Notes under the pieces: generated by a model
Database searches by the model: none
Told to the model about the DNA's origin: nothing
The model's input: the letters and a program-made list of their open reading frames with translations, nothing else
Assembly: GCA_964291215.2 (NCBI GenBank)
Contig: OZ219791.1
Location: 1,440,001 to 1,504,000 of the forward strand
Length of the DNA: 64,000 bases
Direction of reading: 5' to 3'
DNA from: Alphaproteobacteria bacterium
GTDB lineage: Bacteria > Pseudomonadota > Alphaproteobacteria > MPNO01 > UBA830
Part shown: positions 9,090-20,135 of the stretch, one piece after another
Numbering within the stretch: position 1 is the stretch's first letter
How the letters are laid out: every line of letters starts with the position of its first letter
Translations under genes and position numbers: made by a program

Positions 9090-11438
9090 ATGACTGCGAT
9101 GATCGGCCGGTCACCCCGACGCAAGGAAGACCTGCGGCTTCTCACCGGCCGCGGCGTTTACGCCGACGACAATAACGCCGAAGGACAGGTGCATGCCGTC
9201 TTCGTCGTCTCGCCGCACGCCCATGCCGAAATCCGCGCCATCACGCCGCCGCCGGCAGCCGGGGATCCTGACATCCTCGCCGTGCTTACCGGCGCCGACT
9301 GGCTTGCCGATGGCCTCGGTGCCATTCCCCACAATCTCGGCTTCTCGAGCCCGCCCGACATCACGCTTTCGAACCGCGACGGCAGCGACCGCTACGTTGC
9401 GCCCCACTACCCGCTCCCTACGGATCGTGCGCGCCTAGTCGGAGAACCGGTAGCGATGGTCGTCGCCGAGACCGCTGAGCGCGCCCGCGATGTCGCCGAA
9501 CAGGTAATAGTGGACTATGCACCGCTGTCGCCGATCGTCGATACCGAAGGCGCGGCACAGGCGGATGCTCCGGTGCTCTGGCCCGATCACGGTTCTAACA
9601 TCGCCATCGACGCCGACATCAACGACCCGGACGCCACTGCGGCCATATTCGACGCAGCAACGCATGTCGTCTCGCTGAAGACAGCGCTGTCCCGGGTCTC
9701 CGGCGTCGCGATGGAACCGAGATCGTCCCTCGGACGCTACGGCGCGGATGAACGCTTCACGCTGATCACCACATCGGGCAGCATCTACCGCTACAAGCGC
9801 GAGCTCGCTGAGCTCCTGCAGGTCGAGGACGACCGGATCCGCGTGGTCATCGGCGATGTCGGCGGTTCCTACGGTCCCCGGAACGCGCTCTATATCGACC
9901 AGATCCTGGTGCTGTGGGCGGCGCGGCGGATCGGCCGCCCGGTCAAGTGGACCTCGAGCCGCACCGAAAGCATGCTGACCGACTATCAGGCGCGCGACCT
10001 CGTTGTCGATGCGGAGCTCGCACTCGATGATAACGGGCGCATGCTTGCCTTCAGGACCACCAACATCTCGAACATCGGCGCGTATTCGGCTTCGTGGATT
10101 CCCCTCGTGAAGGGAATCGAGATATCCACCTGCCTCTACAGCCCCGGGAGCGTGTCTGCCCGCGCCGTCGCGGTTCAGACCAATACGCCGCCGACCTATC
10201 CCTATCGCAGCGCGGGCCGGCCCGAGGTCATGTACGTAATCGAGCGGCTCCTCGACATGGCCGCCGAAAAGACCGGCACCGACCGCATCGAAATCCGCCG
10301 CCGGAACCTGATACTCCCCGAGGCGATGCCGTTCAGGAACGGTTTCGGCATGGTCTACGACTCGGGCGATTATCCCACTGCGCTCGACCATGCGATCACC
10401 CTCTCGGACTGGCACGGTTTCGAGGAGCGCCGCCGCTATTCGCTTGGCCGCGGCCGACTGCGCGGGATCGGCATGGCCCACTACGCGGACCTGTCGACCG
10501 GTTATCCGCGTGAATGGACCGAGATACATGTCCGCCCCAGCGGCGAAGTGGGACTTGAGATCGGGACCATGGCGACGGGACAGGGGCACGAGACGTCATT
10601 CAGCCAGATGCTCGCCGACGTGCTGCAGGTGCCCTACGACTCGGTATGCGTGCATTTCGGCGACACCGATCTCCTCAAGGACGGTGGCGGCACCCATTCC
10701 GGGCGCAGCATGCGGATGGGCGCGATCGTCATCTGCGACGCCAGTGAGCGGATCATCGCCCGCGGCCGCCGCATCGCGGCCCATGTCCTCGAGGCGGCCG
10801 AAGACGACATCGTCTATGCAGACGCCACCTTCACGGTGGCCGGGACCGACCGGTCGGTCGACATCTTTGGCATCGCGGCAGCCGCCGAGACCCGGACCGA
10901 TCTTCCCGACGGTCTTGGGGGACCCCTCTGCGAGGAGGCGGATGTCCACCTCCCACGCGCCGTCATCGGTGCGGGCTGTCACGTCTGCGAGGTCGAAATC
11001 GATCCCGAAACCGGCACCGCCGCGGTGGTCGGCTGGACCGCCGTCGACGATGTCGGCCGTGCCATCAACCCGATGACCCTCGACGGCCAGACCCATGGCG
11101 GCGTGATGCAGGGCGTAGGACAGGCTCTGATGGAGGACTGCGCCTATGACAGTAGTACCGGCCAGATGACCGGCGCGACCTTCATGGACTATGCGATGCC
11201 CCGTGCCGAAGACGCGCCGCCCTTCCGGACGGCGCTCCTGGAAGTGCCGAGCCCGTCGAACCCGCTCGGCATCAAGCCCGGCAGCGAAGGTGGCACCGCC
11301 GTGGCGCCAGCCGCCGTAGCCAACGCCATCGTCGACGCGCTGTCATCCCACGGCGTGACCCATATCGAACTCCCCGCAACGCCGGAGCGGATATGGCAGG
11401 CGATGCGTCAGGGGAACGAAGCCGTTCTGTCCGCCTGA
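9090..11438 (+). CDS. Xanthine dehydrogenase/CoxL-like molybdopterin-binding subunit
   Basis: RKEDLRLLTGRGVYADD, VGGSYG, YRSAGRPE, GQGHET, GRAINP...GQTHGG, SNPLGIKPGSEGG. Confidence 0.9.
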   Translation: MTAMIGRSPRRKEDLRLLTGRGVYADDNNAEGQVHAVFVVSPHAHAEIRAITPPPAAGDPDILAVLTGADWLADGLGAIPHNLGFSSPPDITLSNRDGSDRYVAPHYPLPTDRARLVGEPVAMVVAETAERARDVAEQVIVDYAPLSPIVDTEGAAQADAPVLWPDHGSNIAIDADINDPDATAAIFDAATHVVSLKTALSRVSGVAMEPRSSLGRYGADERFTLITTSGSIYRYKRELAELLQVEDDRIRVVIGDVGGSYGPRNALYIDQILVLWAARRIGRPVKWTSSRTESMLTDYQARDLVVDAELALDDNGRMLAFRTTNISNIGAYSASWIPLVKGIEISTCLYSPGSVSARAVAVQTNTPPTYPYRSAGRPEVMYVIERLLDMAAEKTGTDRIEIRRRNLILPEAMPFRNGFGMVYDSGDYPTALDHAITLSDWHGFEERRRYSLGRGRLRGIGMAHYADLSTGYPREWTEIHVRPSGEVGLEIGTMATGQGHETSFSQMLADVLQVPYDSVCVHFGDTDLLKDGGGTHSGRSMRMGAIVICDASERIIARGRRIAAHVLEAAEDDIVYADATFTVAGTDRSVDIFGIAAAAETRTDLPDGLGGPLCEEADVHLPRAVIGAGCHVCEVEIDPETGTAAVVGWTAVDDVGRAINPMTLDGQTHGGVMQGVGQALMEDCAYDSSTGQMTGATFMDYAMPRAEDAPPFRTALLEVPSPSNPLGIKPGSEGGTAVAPAAVANAIVDALSSHGVTHIELPATPERIWQAMRQGNEAVLSA

Positions 11439-11472
11439 CGACCGGGCCCGGGAGACCCCGCCCAGGGCGGCG

Positions 11473-12264
11473 CTACTCGTCGAAGCGGATAGCGCGTTTC
11501 TCGAGAAACGCCCGCATGCCCTCCCGGGCATCGTCGGATGTCTGGGTCAGCGCCGAGGCCAGCGATTCGACAAAATAGCCCTCGCTCTCGCCCATGCGGT
11601 CGATCCTCTGGATCGCATGCAGCATCATCTTGTTGGCAAGCGGCGCATTCCCGGCAATGGCCTCCGCAAGCTCCATCGCCTTACCGAAGGCCTCACCGCG
11701 GCCAACCAGATAGTGAGAGAGCCCGAGCTGCTGACCCTCCTCAGCATCGAGACGCCGTCCCGTCAGCATCATCTCGGTCATGCGGCCCGGACCGACGGTC
11801 CGCGCGACACGGATGCTCGCCCCGCCCCCGACATAGATGCCGCGCCGCCCCTCGGGCAGCTGATAGATGGTGCTCAGCTCGGCAACGCGCACATGGGTCG
11901 CGGTCGCGAGCTCAAGCCCGCCGCCCATCACCGCGCCATGCATCGCCGAGAGCGCGGGAAGGCCGCCATACTGGATCAGATCGAACGTCCTGTGCCAGTA
12001 GCGCGAATGCTCGAACGACTCGTCGACATCGCGTTCGCGATGCTCGGCGAGGTCGAGCCCGGCACAAAAATGGTCGCCGTTCGCCCGGATCACCACCGCC
12101 AGCGCGTCGGCGGGCGGTGCCGAGAAGAGCCGATTGAGATCGTGAATCAGCGTCTCGTTGACGGCATTGCGCTTCTCGGGACGATCGAGGGTGAGAACCG
12201 CGATCCGGTCCCGCATTTCGAGGGTCAGGAGATCGGATGAAAACACGGATTCGGGTTTCGCCAT
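11473..12264 (-). CDS. Enoyl-CoA hydratase/isomerase (crotonase) family protein
   Basis: LDRPEKRNA, HFCAGLDL, GAVMGGGLELA, LPEGRRGIYVGGG. Start taken at MAKPES. Confidence 0.88.
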   Translation of the reverse strand: MAKPESVFSSDLLTLEMRDRIAVLTLDRPEKRNAVNETLIHDLNRLFSAPPADALAVVIRANGDHFCAGLDLAEHRERDVDESFEHSRYWHRTFDLIQYGGLPALSAMHGAVMGGGLELATATHVRVAELSTIYQLPEGRRGIYVGGGASIRVARTVGPGRMTEMMLTGRRLDAEEGQQLGLSHYLVGRGEAFGKAMELAEAIAGNAPLANKMMLHAIQRIDRMGESEGYFVESLASALTQTSDDAREGMRAFLEKRAIRFDE

Positions 12265-12467
12265 AACAGAAGTTCCGACATGCAAGGGGACCGTTGGACA
12301 CCCCGTCCGACTGCAGAGTCCGGATCGGTCTCCGGTTCTCCGGCAACCGGATGGCGGCGAGCGGAGGCATGAATCCCGAGCGAAGGGCGTCGCGCAACCC
12401 TCTATAAGTGAACGGCAAGGCAGTGTAAACTCCGCCGCCACGACAACGCGGTGCGGGAGGGTAAGAC

Positions 12468-13232
12468 ATGGAAATCGGTGGCCATGGGGCAATCGTTGCA
12501 GGAGGAGCGTCCGGTCTGGGCGCAGCGACCGCGCGGGCACTGGCCAAGGTCGGTGCGAAGGTGGCCGTGCTCGACATCAACATGGATGTCGCCAGGGAGG
12601 TCGCTTCGGAGACCGGGGGGGCCGCCGTCGAGTGCGACGTAACCAGCCCGAAAAACGCCGAAGCAGCGATCAAAGCGGCGGCCGAGGCCGTCGGCCCGGC
12701 ACGCATTCTCGTTAACTGCGCCGGTATCGGACCCGCAGAGCGGATCGTCGGCCGCGAGGGCCCGCAACCGCTCGACCACTACGCGCGCTGCATCAACGTC
12801 AATGTCATCGGATCGTTCAACATGATGCGGCTGGTCGCGCACCGCATGACCGCGCTCAACCCGCTCGACGACGATGGCGAACGCGGACTGATCGTCAACA
12901 CCTCTTCGGTCGCGGCCTATGACGGACAGGTCGGACAGGCTGCCTATTCGTCGTCGAAAGGGGCGATTGCAAGCCTGACCCTGCCTGCCGCCCGTGAACT
13001 CGCCCGCTTCGGCATACGCGTCGTCGCGATCGCGCCCGGCGTATTCGAGACCCCGATGCTCCGCGGGCTGCCGCAACCGGCCCAGGAGGCCCTGGAGCGG
13101 GCAACGCCCTTCCCCTCGCGCCTCGGTACGCCGGAGGAATATGCAAGCTTCGTGCTGTCCATACTTGGGAACAAGATGCTGAACGGCGAAGTCGTGCGCC
13201 TCGACGGCGCGTTGCGTCTCGCCCACGGATAG
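12468..13232 (+). CDS. SDR, 3-hydroxyacyl-CoA dehydrogenase type II-like
   Basis: GGASGLG, VNCAGI, YDGQVGQAAYSSSKG, NGEVVRLDGALR. Confidence 0.9.
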   Translation: MEIGGHGAIVAGGASGLGAATARALAKVGAKVAVLDINMDVAREVASETGGAAVECDVTSPKNAEAAIKAAAEAVGPARILVNCAGIGPAERIVGREGPQPLDHYARCINVNVIGSFNMMRLVAHRMTALNPLDDDGERGLIVNTSSVAAYDGQVGQAAYSSSKGAIASLTLPAARELARFGIRVVAIAPGVFETPMLRGLPQPAQEALERATPFPSRLGTPEEYASFVLSILGNKMLNGEVVRLDGALRLAHG

Positions 13233-13246
13233 GACGACGCACAGCG

Positions 13247-15088
13247 ATGAGCGAAGACACGACGCCCCTTGTAGATATCAACGTCAAGCGCTTCGGCGTC
13301 GAGGTCGAGCGGCCGGCCAACGATGTCACCATCCTCAGGTGCCCCGAACCGCTCGCGGAGCTGCCCAACAACCTGATCGCCGTATTGCGCGACAGGACGG
13401 ATGAACACCCGGACAGGGACATGTTCTGCCAACGCGATCACGCCGGTCAGTGGCAGCGGACAACCTATGCCGAGGTGCACAGCGCAGCCGACTCGATCGC
13501 CCAGGCACTGATCGATGGCGGCCACGGGCCGGACCGTCCGGTTGCCGTGCTCTCGGACAATTCCATAGAGCAGGCGTTCGTCACCCTCGGCGCGATGACG
13601 GCGGGCATTCCTGTGCTGCCGGTGTCCCCGGCCTATTCGCTGATGAGCAGCGACCACGAAAAACTGAAGGACGTGATCGCACGCAACGATCCGTCGGTGA
13701 TCTTCGTGCAGGAACCGGCGCCGTTCGCCGACGCTCTCGCCGCCATCGACATGTCGGGACGCCGACTCGTCACCGCCGAATCGGCCGAAGACGCTCCCGG
13801 AGCCGATCCGCTCGCCGACTGGCTGGTGCGCCAGCCGACCGGCGCGGTCGAGGATGCGCTTGCGAAGGTCGGTCACGACACCGTCGCCAAGATCCTGCTT
13901 ACCTCGGGATCGACAGGAGCGCCGAAGGGTGTGCTCAATACCCACCTCATGATGGTTTCCAACCAGGTTGCCATGGCGCAGGTCTATGCCTTTCTGCGCG
14001 ACGAGCCGCCGGTGCTTCTTGACTGGCTGCCGTGGAACCACACGTTCGGCGCCAACAACAATTTCAACTCGGTCATCTACAACGGCGGCACGATGTATAT
14101 CGACGAAGGGCGTCCGCTACCGGGACGGATCGAGGCGACCATCGCCAACATGCGCGAAATCTCGCCGACGCTCTACCTTAACGTGCCGCGCGGCTTCGAT
14201 CTTCTGCTGCCGCTCCTCGAAACGGACGAGGCCGCGCGCCGCGGACTGTTTCGCAACCTGAAGCTCCTGTTCTTCGCCGGATCGGCCCTGCCGCGAAACG
14301 TCTGGGAGCGCCTCGACCGGCTCGCCCTCGACACGATAGGGGCGCGAGTCACGATCACGACCTCGCTCGGCTCGACCGAGACCGCGCCGGCCACCACCTA
14401 CATGAACTGGTACCCCTATTCTACCGCCAATGTTGGCCTCCCCCTGCCCGGCTGCGAGGTCAAGCTCGTGCCCAACGGCGACAAGCTCGAGGTCCGCATG
14501 CGCGGGCCCAACATCTCGCCGGGGTACAACAAGGAACCGGAATTGAGCGCCGCCGCCTTGGATGAGGACCAGTTCTTCCGCATCGGCGATGCCGCACGTT
14601 TCGAGGACCCCGACGATCCGGCCCAAGGCATCGTGTTCGACGGGCGCGTCGCCGAGAGCTTCAAGCTCACGACCGGGACATGGGTGCATGCCGGCCAGCT
14701 TCGCCTGCAGGCGATCGCGGCCGCCGCGCCGACGCTTCAGGACGCGGTGGTTACCGGACAGGACCGCAGCGAAGTCGGCCTCCTCGCATTTCCGAGCATT
14801 GCCGGCTGCCAGTCGCTGGCTGGCGGCGACCTGCCACCCGACGAGCTGGTGCGTAACCGCCGCGTGCATGAGGCGGTGCGCGACGGTCTCGCGCGCCACA
14901 ATGCCGAGAATCCCGGCAGCTCGACCCGAATCCGCAGGGTGCTCATGATGACCGAGCCGCCGCAGATAGACGCTGGTGAGATCACGGACAAGGGGTACAT
15001 CAACCAGCGGGCCGTTCTTGCGCGCCGCTCTGGCCTGATCGAGCAGCTCTATGAGGGACAGGGCGACGATATCGTCGTCATCGGCTGA
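13247..15088 (+). CDS. fcs: Feruloyl-CoA synthase-like acyl-CoA ligase
   Basis: [62 protein letters not shown]. Confidence 0.85.
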   Translation: MSEDTTPLVDINVKRFGVEVERPANDVTILRCPEPLAELPNNLIAVLRDRTDEHPDRDMFCQRDHAGQWQRTTYAEVHSAADSIAQALIDGGHGPDRPVAVLSDNSIEQAFVTLGAMTAGIPVLPVSPAYSLMSSDHEKLKDVIARNDPSVIFVQEPAPFADALAAIDMSGRRLVTAESAEDAPGADPLADWLVRQPTGAVEDALAKVGHDTVAKILLTSGSTGAPKGVLNTHLMMVSNQVAMAQVYAFLRDEPPVLLDWLPWNHTFGANNNFNSVIYNGGTMYIDEGRPLPGRIEATIANMREISPTLYLNVPRGFDLLLPLLETDEAARRGLFRNLKLLFFAGSALPRNVWERLDRLALDTIGARVTITTSLGSTETAPATTYMNWYPYSTANVGLPLPGCEVKLVPNGDKLEVRMRGPNISPGYNKEPELSAAALDEDQFFRIGDAARFEDPDDPAQGIVFDGRVAESFKLTTGTWVHAGQLRLQAIAAAAPTLQDAVVTGQDRSEVGLLAFPSIAGCQSLAGGDLPPDELVRNRRVHEAVRDGLARHNAENPGSSTRIRRVLMMTEPPQIDAGEITDKGYINQRAVLARRSGLIEQLYEGQGDDIVVIG

Positions 15089-15120
15089 CGGCAGCAGCCG
15101 CAGGCCGGAAAGGAAGGATC

Positions 15121-16065
15121 ATGATCAAGGTAAGGGACATCGTGTTCGGGCGGCTGCAATCGCCGGATCTCGATCTGGCGGAGGAGTTTCTCACGGATTT
15201 CGGAATGATCCGCGCCGAACGCACAGCCGACAGGCTCTACATGCGCGGCACCGACCCAGAACCGTTCATCCATGTCACCCACTTGGGCGAGCCCCGATTC
15301 ATCGGCCTCGCCTTCAACGCCAGGAGCGAGGAGGATCTCAGGACCGTCGCCGCCAGCGAAAGCGCTTCGGGTATCGAGGATCTCGACGAGCCGGGCGGTG
15401 GCAGGCGCGTCCGCCTTACAGACCCGCATGGCTACCAAGTGGAGGTCGTCTGGGGACGCGAACCGGTCGACCCCGTCGACGTGTCCAGGTTCGCCGTCAA
15501 CACCGGTGCGGCGAAGGATCTCCGGGCCGGCGAACTGACCCGCATCGGCGCCGGCCCGTCGCACGTCAAGAGACTCGGACATGCGGTGATCATGACCACA
15601 GATCTCAGAGGCGGCACCAACTGGTACCGCGAAAATCTCGGTCTCGTCTCCTCCGACGAGGTCTATGTCGAGGGTGACCCGAACAAGGTCGTGGCCACCT
15701 TCAACCGCGTGGATGCCGGCCCCGAATATGTCGACCACCACACGTTCCTGTGCGTGGACGGCGACAAGGTCGGCCTCAACCACCTCGCTTTCGAGGTACA
15801 GGATATCGACGATGTCTTCGTGGGTCATGCACACCTGCACAGCCGCGAGAAATACAACCACATCTGGGGCACCGGTCGCCATGTGCTGGGCAGCCAGGTC
15901 TTCGACTACTGGCTCGACCCGTGGGACCGCGTGCACGAGCACTGGACCGACAGCGACCGCCTCAACGACCGCAATCCGCCCAATCTGGTTTCGGCCGAGG
16001 AAGGCTTCCAGTCCCAGTGGGGAGAGGCCGTGCCGGAACGCTTCATCGGCCATGCCACACCGTAA
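15121..16065 (+). CDS. Two-domain VOC/glyoxalase family protein (extradiol dioxygenase-like)
   Basis: DFGM, DPHGYQVEV, RLGHAV, DHHT, WGTGRHVLGSQVFDYWLDPW..VHEHWTD. Confidence 0.85.
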   Translation: MIKVRDIVFGRLQSPDLDLAEEFLTDFGMIRAERTADRLYMRGTDPEPFIHVTHLGEPRFIGLAFNARSEEDLRTVAASESASGIEDLDEPGGGRRVRLTDPHGYQVEVVWGREPVDPVDVSRFAVNTGAAKDLRAGELTRIGAGPSHVKRLGHAVIMTTDLRGGTNWYRENLGLVSSDEVYVEGDPNKVVATFNRVDAGPEYVDHHTFLCVDGDKVGLNHLAFEVQDIDDVFVGHAHLHSREKYNHIWGTGRHVLGSQVFDYWLDPWDRVHEHWTDSDRLNDRNPPNLVSAEEGFQSQWGEAVPERFIGHATP

Positions 16066-16110
16066 CGGCAGGCAGTTCCTGCCCGATATTTCCAGAACGA
16101 GGAGTCCGCG

Positions 16111-16896
16111 ATGCTAGCCAAGGTCAATGGTGTCAACATCAACTACGAAATCTCCGGCGACGACGGCAAGCCGTGGCTGACATTTTCCAATTCGCTCGCA
16201 ACCAACCTGCACATGTGGGATGAGCAGGCGGCCGCGCTCGCCAGCGAGTACCGCATCCTGCGCTATGACAAGCGGGGCCACGGCGGCTCGGAACCCGTCG
16301 AGGGGCCCTATAGCTTCGACGATCTCATCGGCGATGTGATCGGGCTCTGGGACCATCTCAGAATAGCGGCCTCGGCCTTCGTCGGGTTGTCGATCGGGGG
16401 CATGACCTCTCAGGGGCTACTTCTCGCACATGCGGACCGGGTCACGGCCACAGTGATGGCCAACACCATGGCGCTGTGCCGCCCGGAGGCGCTCTCGGCA
16501 TGGAAAGACCGGGTAGCCGCAGTCGGCGAGCATGGTATGCAGGCTGTTCTGCAGCCGACCATGGAGCGCTGGTTCACCGCGGGCTACCGGGCAAGCGGCG
16601 CCGCGCGCCTCGGCGATGTCGAGAAGATGATCCTTGGCACATCGGCTGCCGGTTATTGCGGCTGCGCGAGCGCCATACAGGAACTCGCCTATCTCGACAG
16701 GCTGGCGTCGCTCGACCACCCGGTACTGCTGATTTCCGGGACCCACGACGGCGGCACGCCTCCCGAAGGCATGAGGCTGATGCATGAGCGGATCGCCGGA
16801 TCGGAATATGTCGAGCTCGACGCGGCGCACATCTCGAACATCGAGAAGGCCGACTCGTTCACGGACCATGTCAGGACGTTCCTCGCAACGCACTGA
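16111..16896 (+). CDS. Alpha/beta hydrolase, 3-oxoadipate enol-lactonase (PcaD)-like
   Basis: FSNSLATNLHMWDEQ, RYDKRGHG, GLSIGG, AAHISNIE. Confidence 0.85.
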   Translation: MLAKVNGVNINYEISGDDGKPWLTFSNSLATNLHMWDEQAAALASEYRILRYDKRGHGGSEPVEGPYSFDDLIGDVIGLWDHLRIAASAFVGLSIGGMTSQGLLLAHADRVTATVMANTMALCRPEALSAWKDRVAAVGEHGMQAVLQPTMERWFTAGYRASGAARLGDVEKMILGTSAAGYCGCASAIQELAYLDRLASLDHPVLLISGTHDGGTPPEGMRLMHERIAGSEYVELDAAHISNIEKADSFTDHVRTFLATH

Positions 16897-16960
16897 AACT
16901 CTGCGCCGCCGGGCCGTCCCGGCGGCGCTTCCTCCATCTCCAGCACGGGAACGTTCAGTG

Positions 16961-17863
16961 ATGGCCGAAACAGCCGGAATAATCGGAATCGGAATCATGG
17001 GCAGCGCCATGGCGCGGGCCCTGGTGGGCAAGGGATTCCGGGTCGTCGGCTACGACGTCTCCGCCGACGCCCTCGAAAGCGCCCGGGCCGACGGCGTCGA
17101 GACCGCCGGTTCGGCGGCGGCGGTGGCCGAACAGGCACCCGTCATCATCCTGTCGCTTCCGAGTCCTGCCGCCCTCGCCGCCGTCGCCCGCGAGATCGCG
17201 GCATCGGCGGCCAGTGGCTGCGTGATCATGGAGGCGAGCACGTTCACGATTCCGGACAAGGAAGCCGCGCATAACGTGCTTGCCGCGGCCGGCCACACGC
17301 TGCTCGACTGCCCGCTCTCAGGGACCGGACAGCAGGCGCGGACCGGCGACCTCTCCGTGTTCACCAGCGGCGACCGGTCCGCGATCGAGAAATGCGTGCC
17401 GATGATCGAGGCGTTCAGCCGCGAGCACAAGTATTGCGGCGAGTTCGGCAACGGCAGCCGCATGAAGTTCGTCGCCAACCATCTGGTGACAATTCACAAT
17501 GTCGCGGCAGCTGAGGCGATGGTTCTCGGCATGAAGTCGGGGCTCGACCCGCAACTGATTTACGACGTGATCTCGACCAGCGCCGGCACCTCACGGATGT
17601 TCCAGCGCCGCGGCCAGATGATGGCGGAGAATGACTACGACGATGTCGGCATGTCGAACCGACTCTACCAGAAGGACCTCGACATCATCACCGCCTTTGC
17701 CGCCGAGGTGCGCTGTCCCGTCAACCTTTTTGCCGCCGCCGTGCAGCCCTACCGCGCCACGCTCGAGCAGGGGCTGGCCGAGAAGGACACCGCTGCGGTG
17801 TGCGCGGTTCTCGAGGACCAAGCCCGCGTCCGGCGCTCCGGAGAGGAACCAGGCAATGGCTGA
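16961..17863 (+). CDS. NAD(P)-dependent beta-hydroxyacid dehydrogenase
   Basis: GIIGIGIMGSAMA, DCPLSGTG, GNGSRMKFVAN, KDL. Confidence 0.88.
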   Translation: MAETAGIIGIGIMGSAMARALVGKGFRVVGYDVSADALESARADGVETAGSAAAVAEQAPVIILSLPSPAALAAVAREIAASAASGCVIMEASTFTIPDKEAAHNVLAAAGHTLLDCPLSGTGQQARTGDLSVFTSGDRSAIEKCVPMIEAFSREHKYCGEFGNGSRMKFVANHLVTIHNVAAAEAMVLGMKSGLDPQLIYDVISTSAGTSRMFQRRGQMMAENDYDDVGMSNRLYQKDLDIITAFAAEVRCPVNLFAAAVQPYRATLEQGLAEKDTAAVCAVLEDQARVRRSGEEPGNG

Positions 17864-18959
17864 TTTGTTCACGCCTCTCGCGGCCGGGCCCTTCGAGTTC
17901 CCGCACCGCGTCGTGATGGCACCGATGACCCGCAACCGCGCGGGTCCGGAAAACGTGCCGCACGCGCTCCATGCGACCTACTACCGCCAGCGCTCCGACG
18001 CCGCGCTGGTCATCACCGAAGCGACGCAGATCTGCCCCGAGGGGCTTGGATATCCGGGGACGCCGGGCATCCATTCCGCGGAACAGACGGCCGGGTGGGC
18101 TGCGGTCACCGATTCCGTTCATGAAGCCGGCGGGCTGATCTTTCTCCAGCTCTGGCATGTCGGCAGGATCTCTCATCCCGACCTGCAGCCCGGCGGACAG
18201 CTTCCGGTTGCGCCTTCGGCCATTCGGCCGGCCGGCGACGCGATGACGGCGTCCGGCATGAAGCCGTTCGTAACCCCCCGCGCGCTGGAAGCCGCCGAGC
18301 TTCCGCGCCTCGTCGAACAGTACGCCGAGGCCGCTGCCAATGCCGAACGCGCCGGATTCGACGGCGTCGAGATCCACGGCGCCAACGGCTACCTGCTCGA
18401 CCAGTTCACCCGTGATGGAACCAACCTCCGCAAAGACGACTATGGCGGCTCGATCGAGAACCGGTGCCGACTGCCTGTAGAGGTCGCCGAAGCCGTGGTC
18501 GGGATCTGGGGTGCGGATCGGGTGGGTTATCGGATATCGCCGTTCCAGCCCTTCAATGACATGTCGGACAGCGACCCCGCGGCCACCTTTGTTCACCTTG
18601 CGGAGGAGCTTGCGAAGAGGAACATCCTCTATCTGCATGTCGTGGAACTCGGCCGTCCGGGAGAAGGCGAAGGGCTGGCATTCGTCGAATCAAGGGACCC
18701 TCTGATGCGCAAATTGCGGAGGATCTGGTCGGGGATACTGATCGTGAACGGCGGTTACGACCGTGGCAGGTCCGATGCCGTGATCGGCGCCGGCGAGGCC
18801 GACATGGCCGCCTTTGCCACCGCCTTCATTGCCAATCCGGATCTTCCGGAGCGGCTTCTCGGCGGCGCGCCGCTCAACGAACCGGACCGGGCGACCTTCT
18901 ATGGTGGCGGTGCCGAAGGCTATACCGACTATCCGTTCCTCGAGGAGATAGACAGATGA
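17856..18959 (+). CDS. Old yellow enzyme family alkene reductase (NemA-like)
   Basis: MAPMTRNRA, QLWHVGRISH, GFDGVEIHGANGYLLDQF, FIANPDL, GYTDYP. Confidence 0.92.
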   Translation: MADLFTPLAAGPFEFPHRVVMAPMTRNRAGPENVPHALHATYYRQRSDAALVITEATQICPEGLGYPGTPGIHSAEQTAGWAAVTDSVHEAGGLIFLQLWHVGRISHPDLQPGGQLPVAPSAIRPAGDAMTASGMKPFVTPRALEAAELPRLVEQYAEAAANAERAGFDGVEIHGANGYLLDQFTRDGTNLRKDDYGGSIENRCRLPVEVAEAVVGIWGADRVGYRISPFQPFNDMSDSDPAATFVHLAEELAKRNILYLHVVELGRPGEGEGLAFVESRDPLMRKLRRIWSGILIVNGGYDRGRSDAVIGAGEADMAAFATAFIANPDLPERLLGGAPLNEPDRATFYGGGAEGYTDYPFLEEIDR

Positions 18960-19837
18960 AGATCGGCTGGATCGGAGCCGGCAACATGGGGCTTCCGATG
19001 TCCGGACACTTGGTCGAGGCCGGACACGAGGTGACGGCCTTTGATGTCGACGAGGGACGCCTTGCGCAGGTGGTAGCGCGCGGCGCGGTAATGGCACGTT
19101 CCGTCGCGGAAGCGGCCGCGGACGCAGAGGTGGTGTTTTCCTCGATTCCGGACGACGACGTGCTCCGCACTGTCGCGCTTGGTGCTGCGGGGGCGCTTGA
19201 GGCGAGTGCCGGCGACGCCACCTATGTCGACATGAGCACGGTGTCTCCGACGATCTCGAAAGAGGTTGCCGAAGCTGCCGCCGGGCGCGGCGTGTCCTAT
19301 CTGCGGGCGCCGGTTTCCGGGAGCGTCACCCTCGCCGAGTCTGGTACGCTCACCGTGATCGTGTCGGGTCCCGAAAGCGCCTTCGGGCGCTGCCGTCCGC
19401 TGTTCGAACGGCTTGGATCGAGGGTTTTCCATGTCGGGACCGGCGAACAGGCCCGCTATCTCAAGCTCGCGATCAACAACATGGTTCATGCCACAGCGGT
19501 GGCCATGGCCGAAACCCTTGCAGTCGGGCGCAGAGGCGGCTTGGACTGGGCGCAGATGCTTGAGGTGATCGCAGCGAGCGCCGTCGCCTCACCGCTTGTC
19601 CAGTACAAGTCGGAACGGATCCGGAATCGCGATTTCTTGCCGATGTCATTCGTCTCGACATCGATCAAGGACCAGGAGCTCTTCAACGCGGCCGCTGCAG
19701 AGGCCGGGGTGAGGCTCGATATTGCGCCGGCGCTTGCCAAGGTATTCCGCGAAATGATGGATTCGGAAGATCGCGACAAGGATTTCTTCGCAACCGTTCT
19801 CCGCGTCGAACGGAGGTCGGGGCTCGGGGAGCCGTGA
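18956..19837 (+). CDS. NAD(P)-dependent beta-hydroxyacid dehydrogenase
   Basis: IGWIGAGNMGLPM, DMSTVSP, APVSGS, KLAINN. Confidence 0.88.
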   Translation: MKIGWIGAGNMGLPMSGHLVEAGHEVTAFDVDEGRLAQVVARGAVMARSVAEAAADAEVVFSSIPDDDVLRTVALGAAGALEASAGDATYVDMSTVSPTISKEVAEAAAGRGVSYLRAPVSGSVTLAESGTLTVIVSGPESAFGRCRPLFERLGSRVFHVGTGEQARYLKLAINNMVHATAVAMAETLAVGRRGGLDWAQMLEVIAASAVASPLVQYKSERIRNRDFLPMSFVSTSIKDQELFNAAAAEAGVRLDIAPALAKVFREMMDSEDRDKDFFATVLRVERRSGLGEP

Positions 19838-19852
19838 TGCGACGACCGGTTT

Positions 19853-20131
19853 TCAGCCGTTGCGGCGGAAGAAACGGGTGAGGCGCGCTTCGCCCCAGAC
19901 ATCGTTCTGCTTGAACGGATGGCCAGCCACGAAAGCCTCGATTTCTTCTTTGCCACCGGCCTCGATCAGGAACATGGATCCGATCATCGTCTCGCCGTCC
20001 TCGGCGAGCAGCGGTCCCGACATGACGGTCTCGACCCCGCATTCCCGCTGGTACGCTCGGTGCTTTTCGACGAGGCGCTTGCGCGTCTCAACGCGGTCTG
20101 GCTTGTCGAGGATGTGGAGACAATAGAGCAT
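19853..20131 (-). CDS. YciI family protein
   Basis: LDKPD...HRAY...MSGPLLAEDGETMIGSMFLI. Confidence 0.82.
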   Translation of the reverse strand: MLYCLHILDKPDRVETRKRLVEKHRAYQRECGVETVMSGPLLAEDGETMIGSMFLIEAGGKEEIEAFVAGHPFKQNDVWGEARLTRFFRRNG

Positions 20132-20135
20132 TCCC

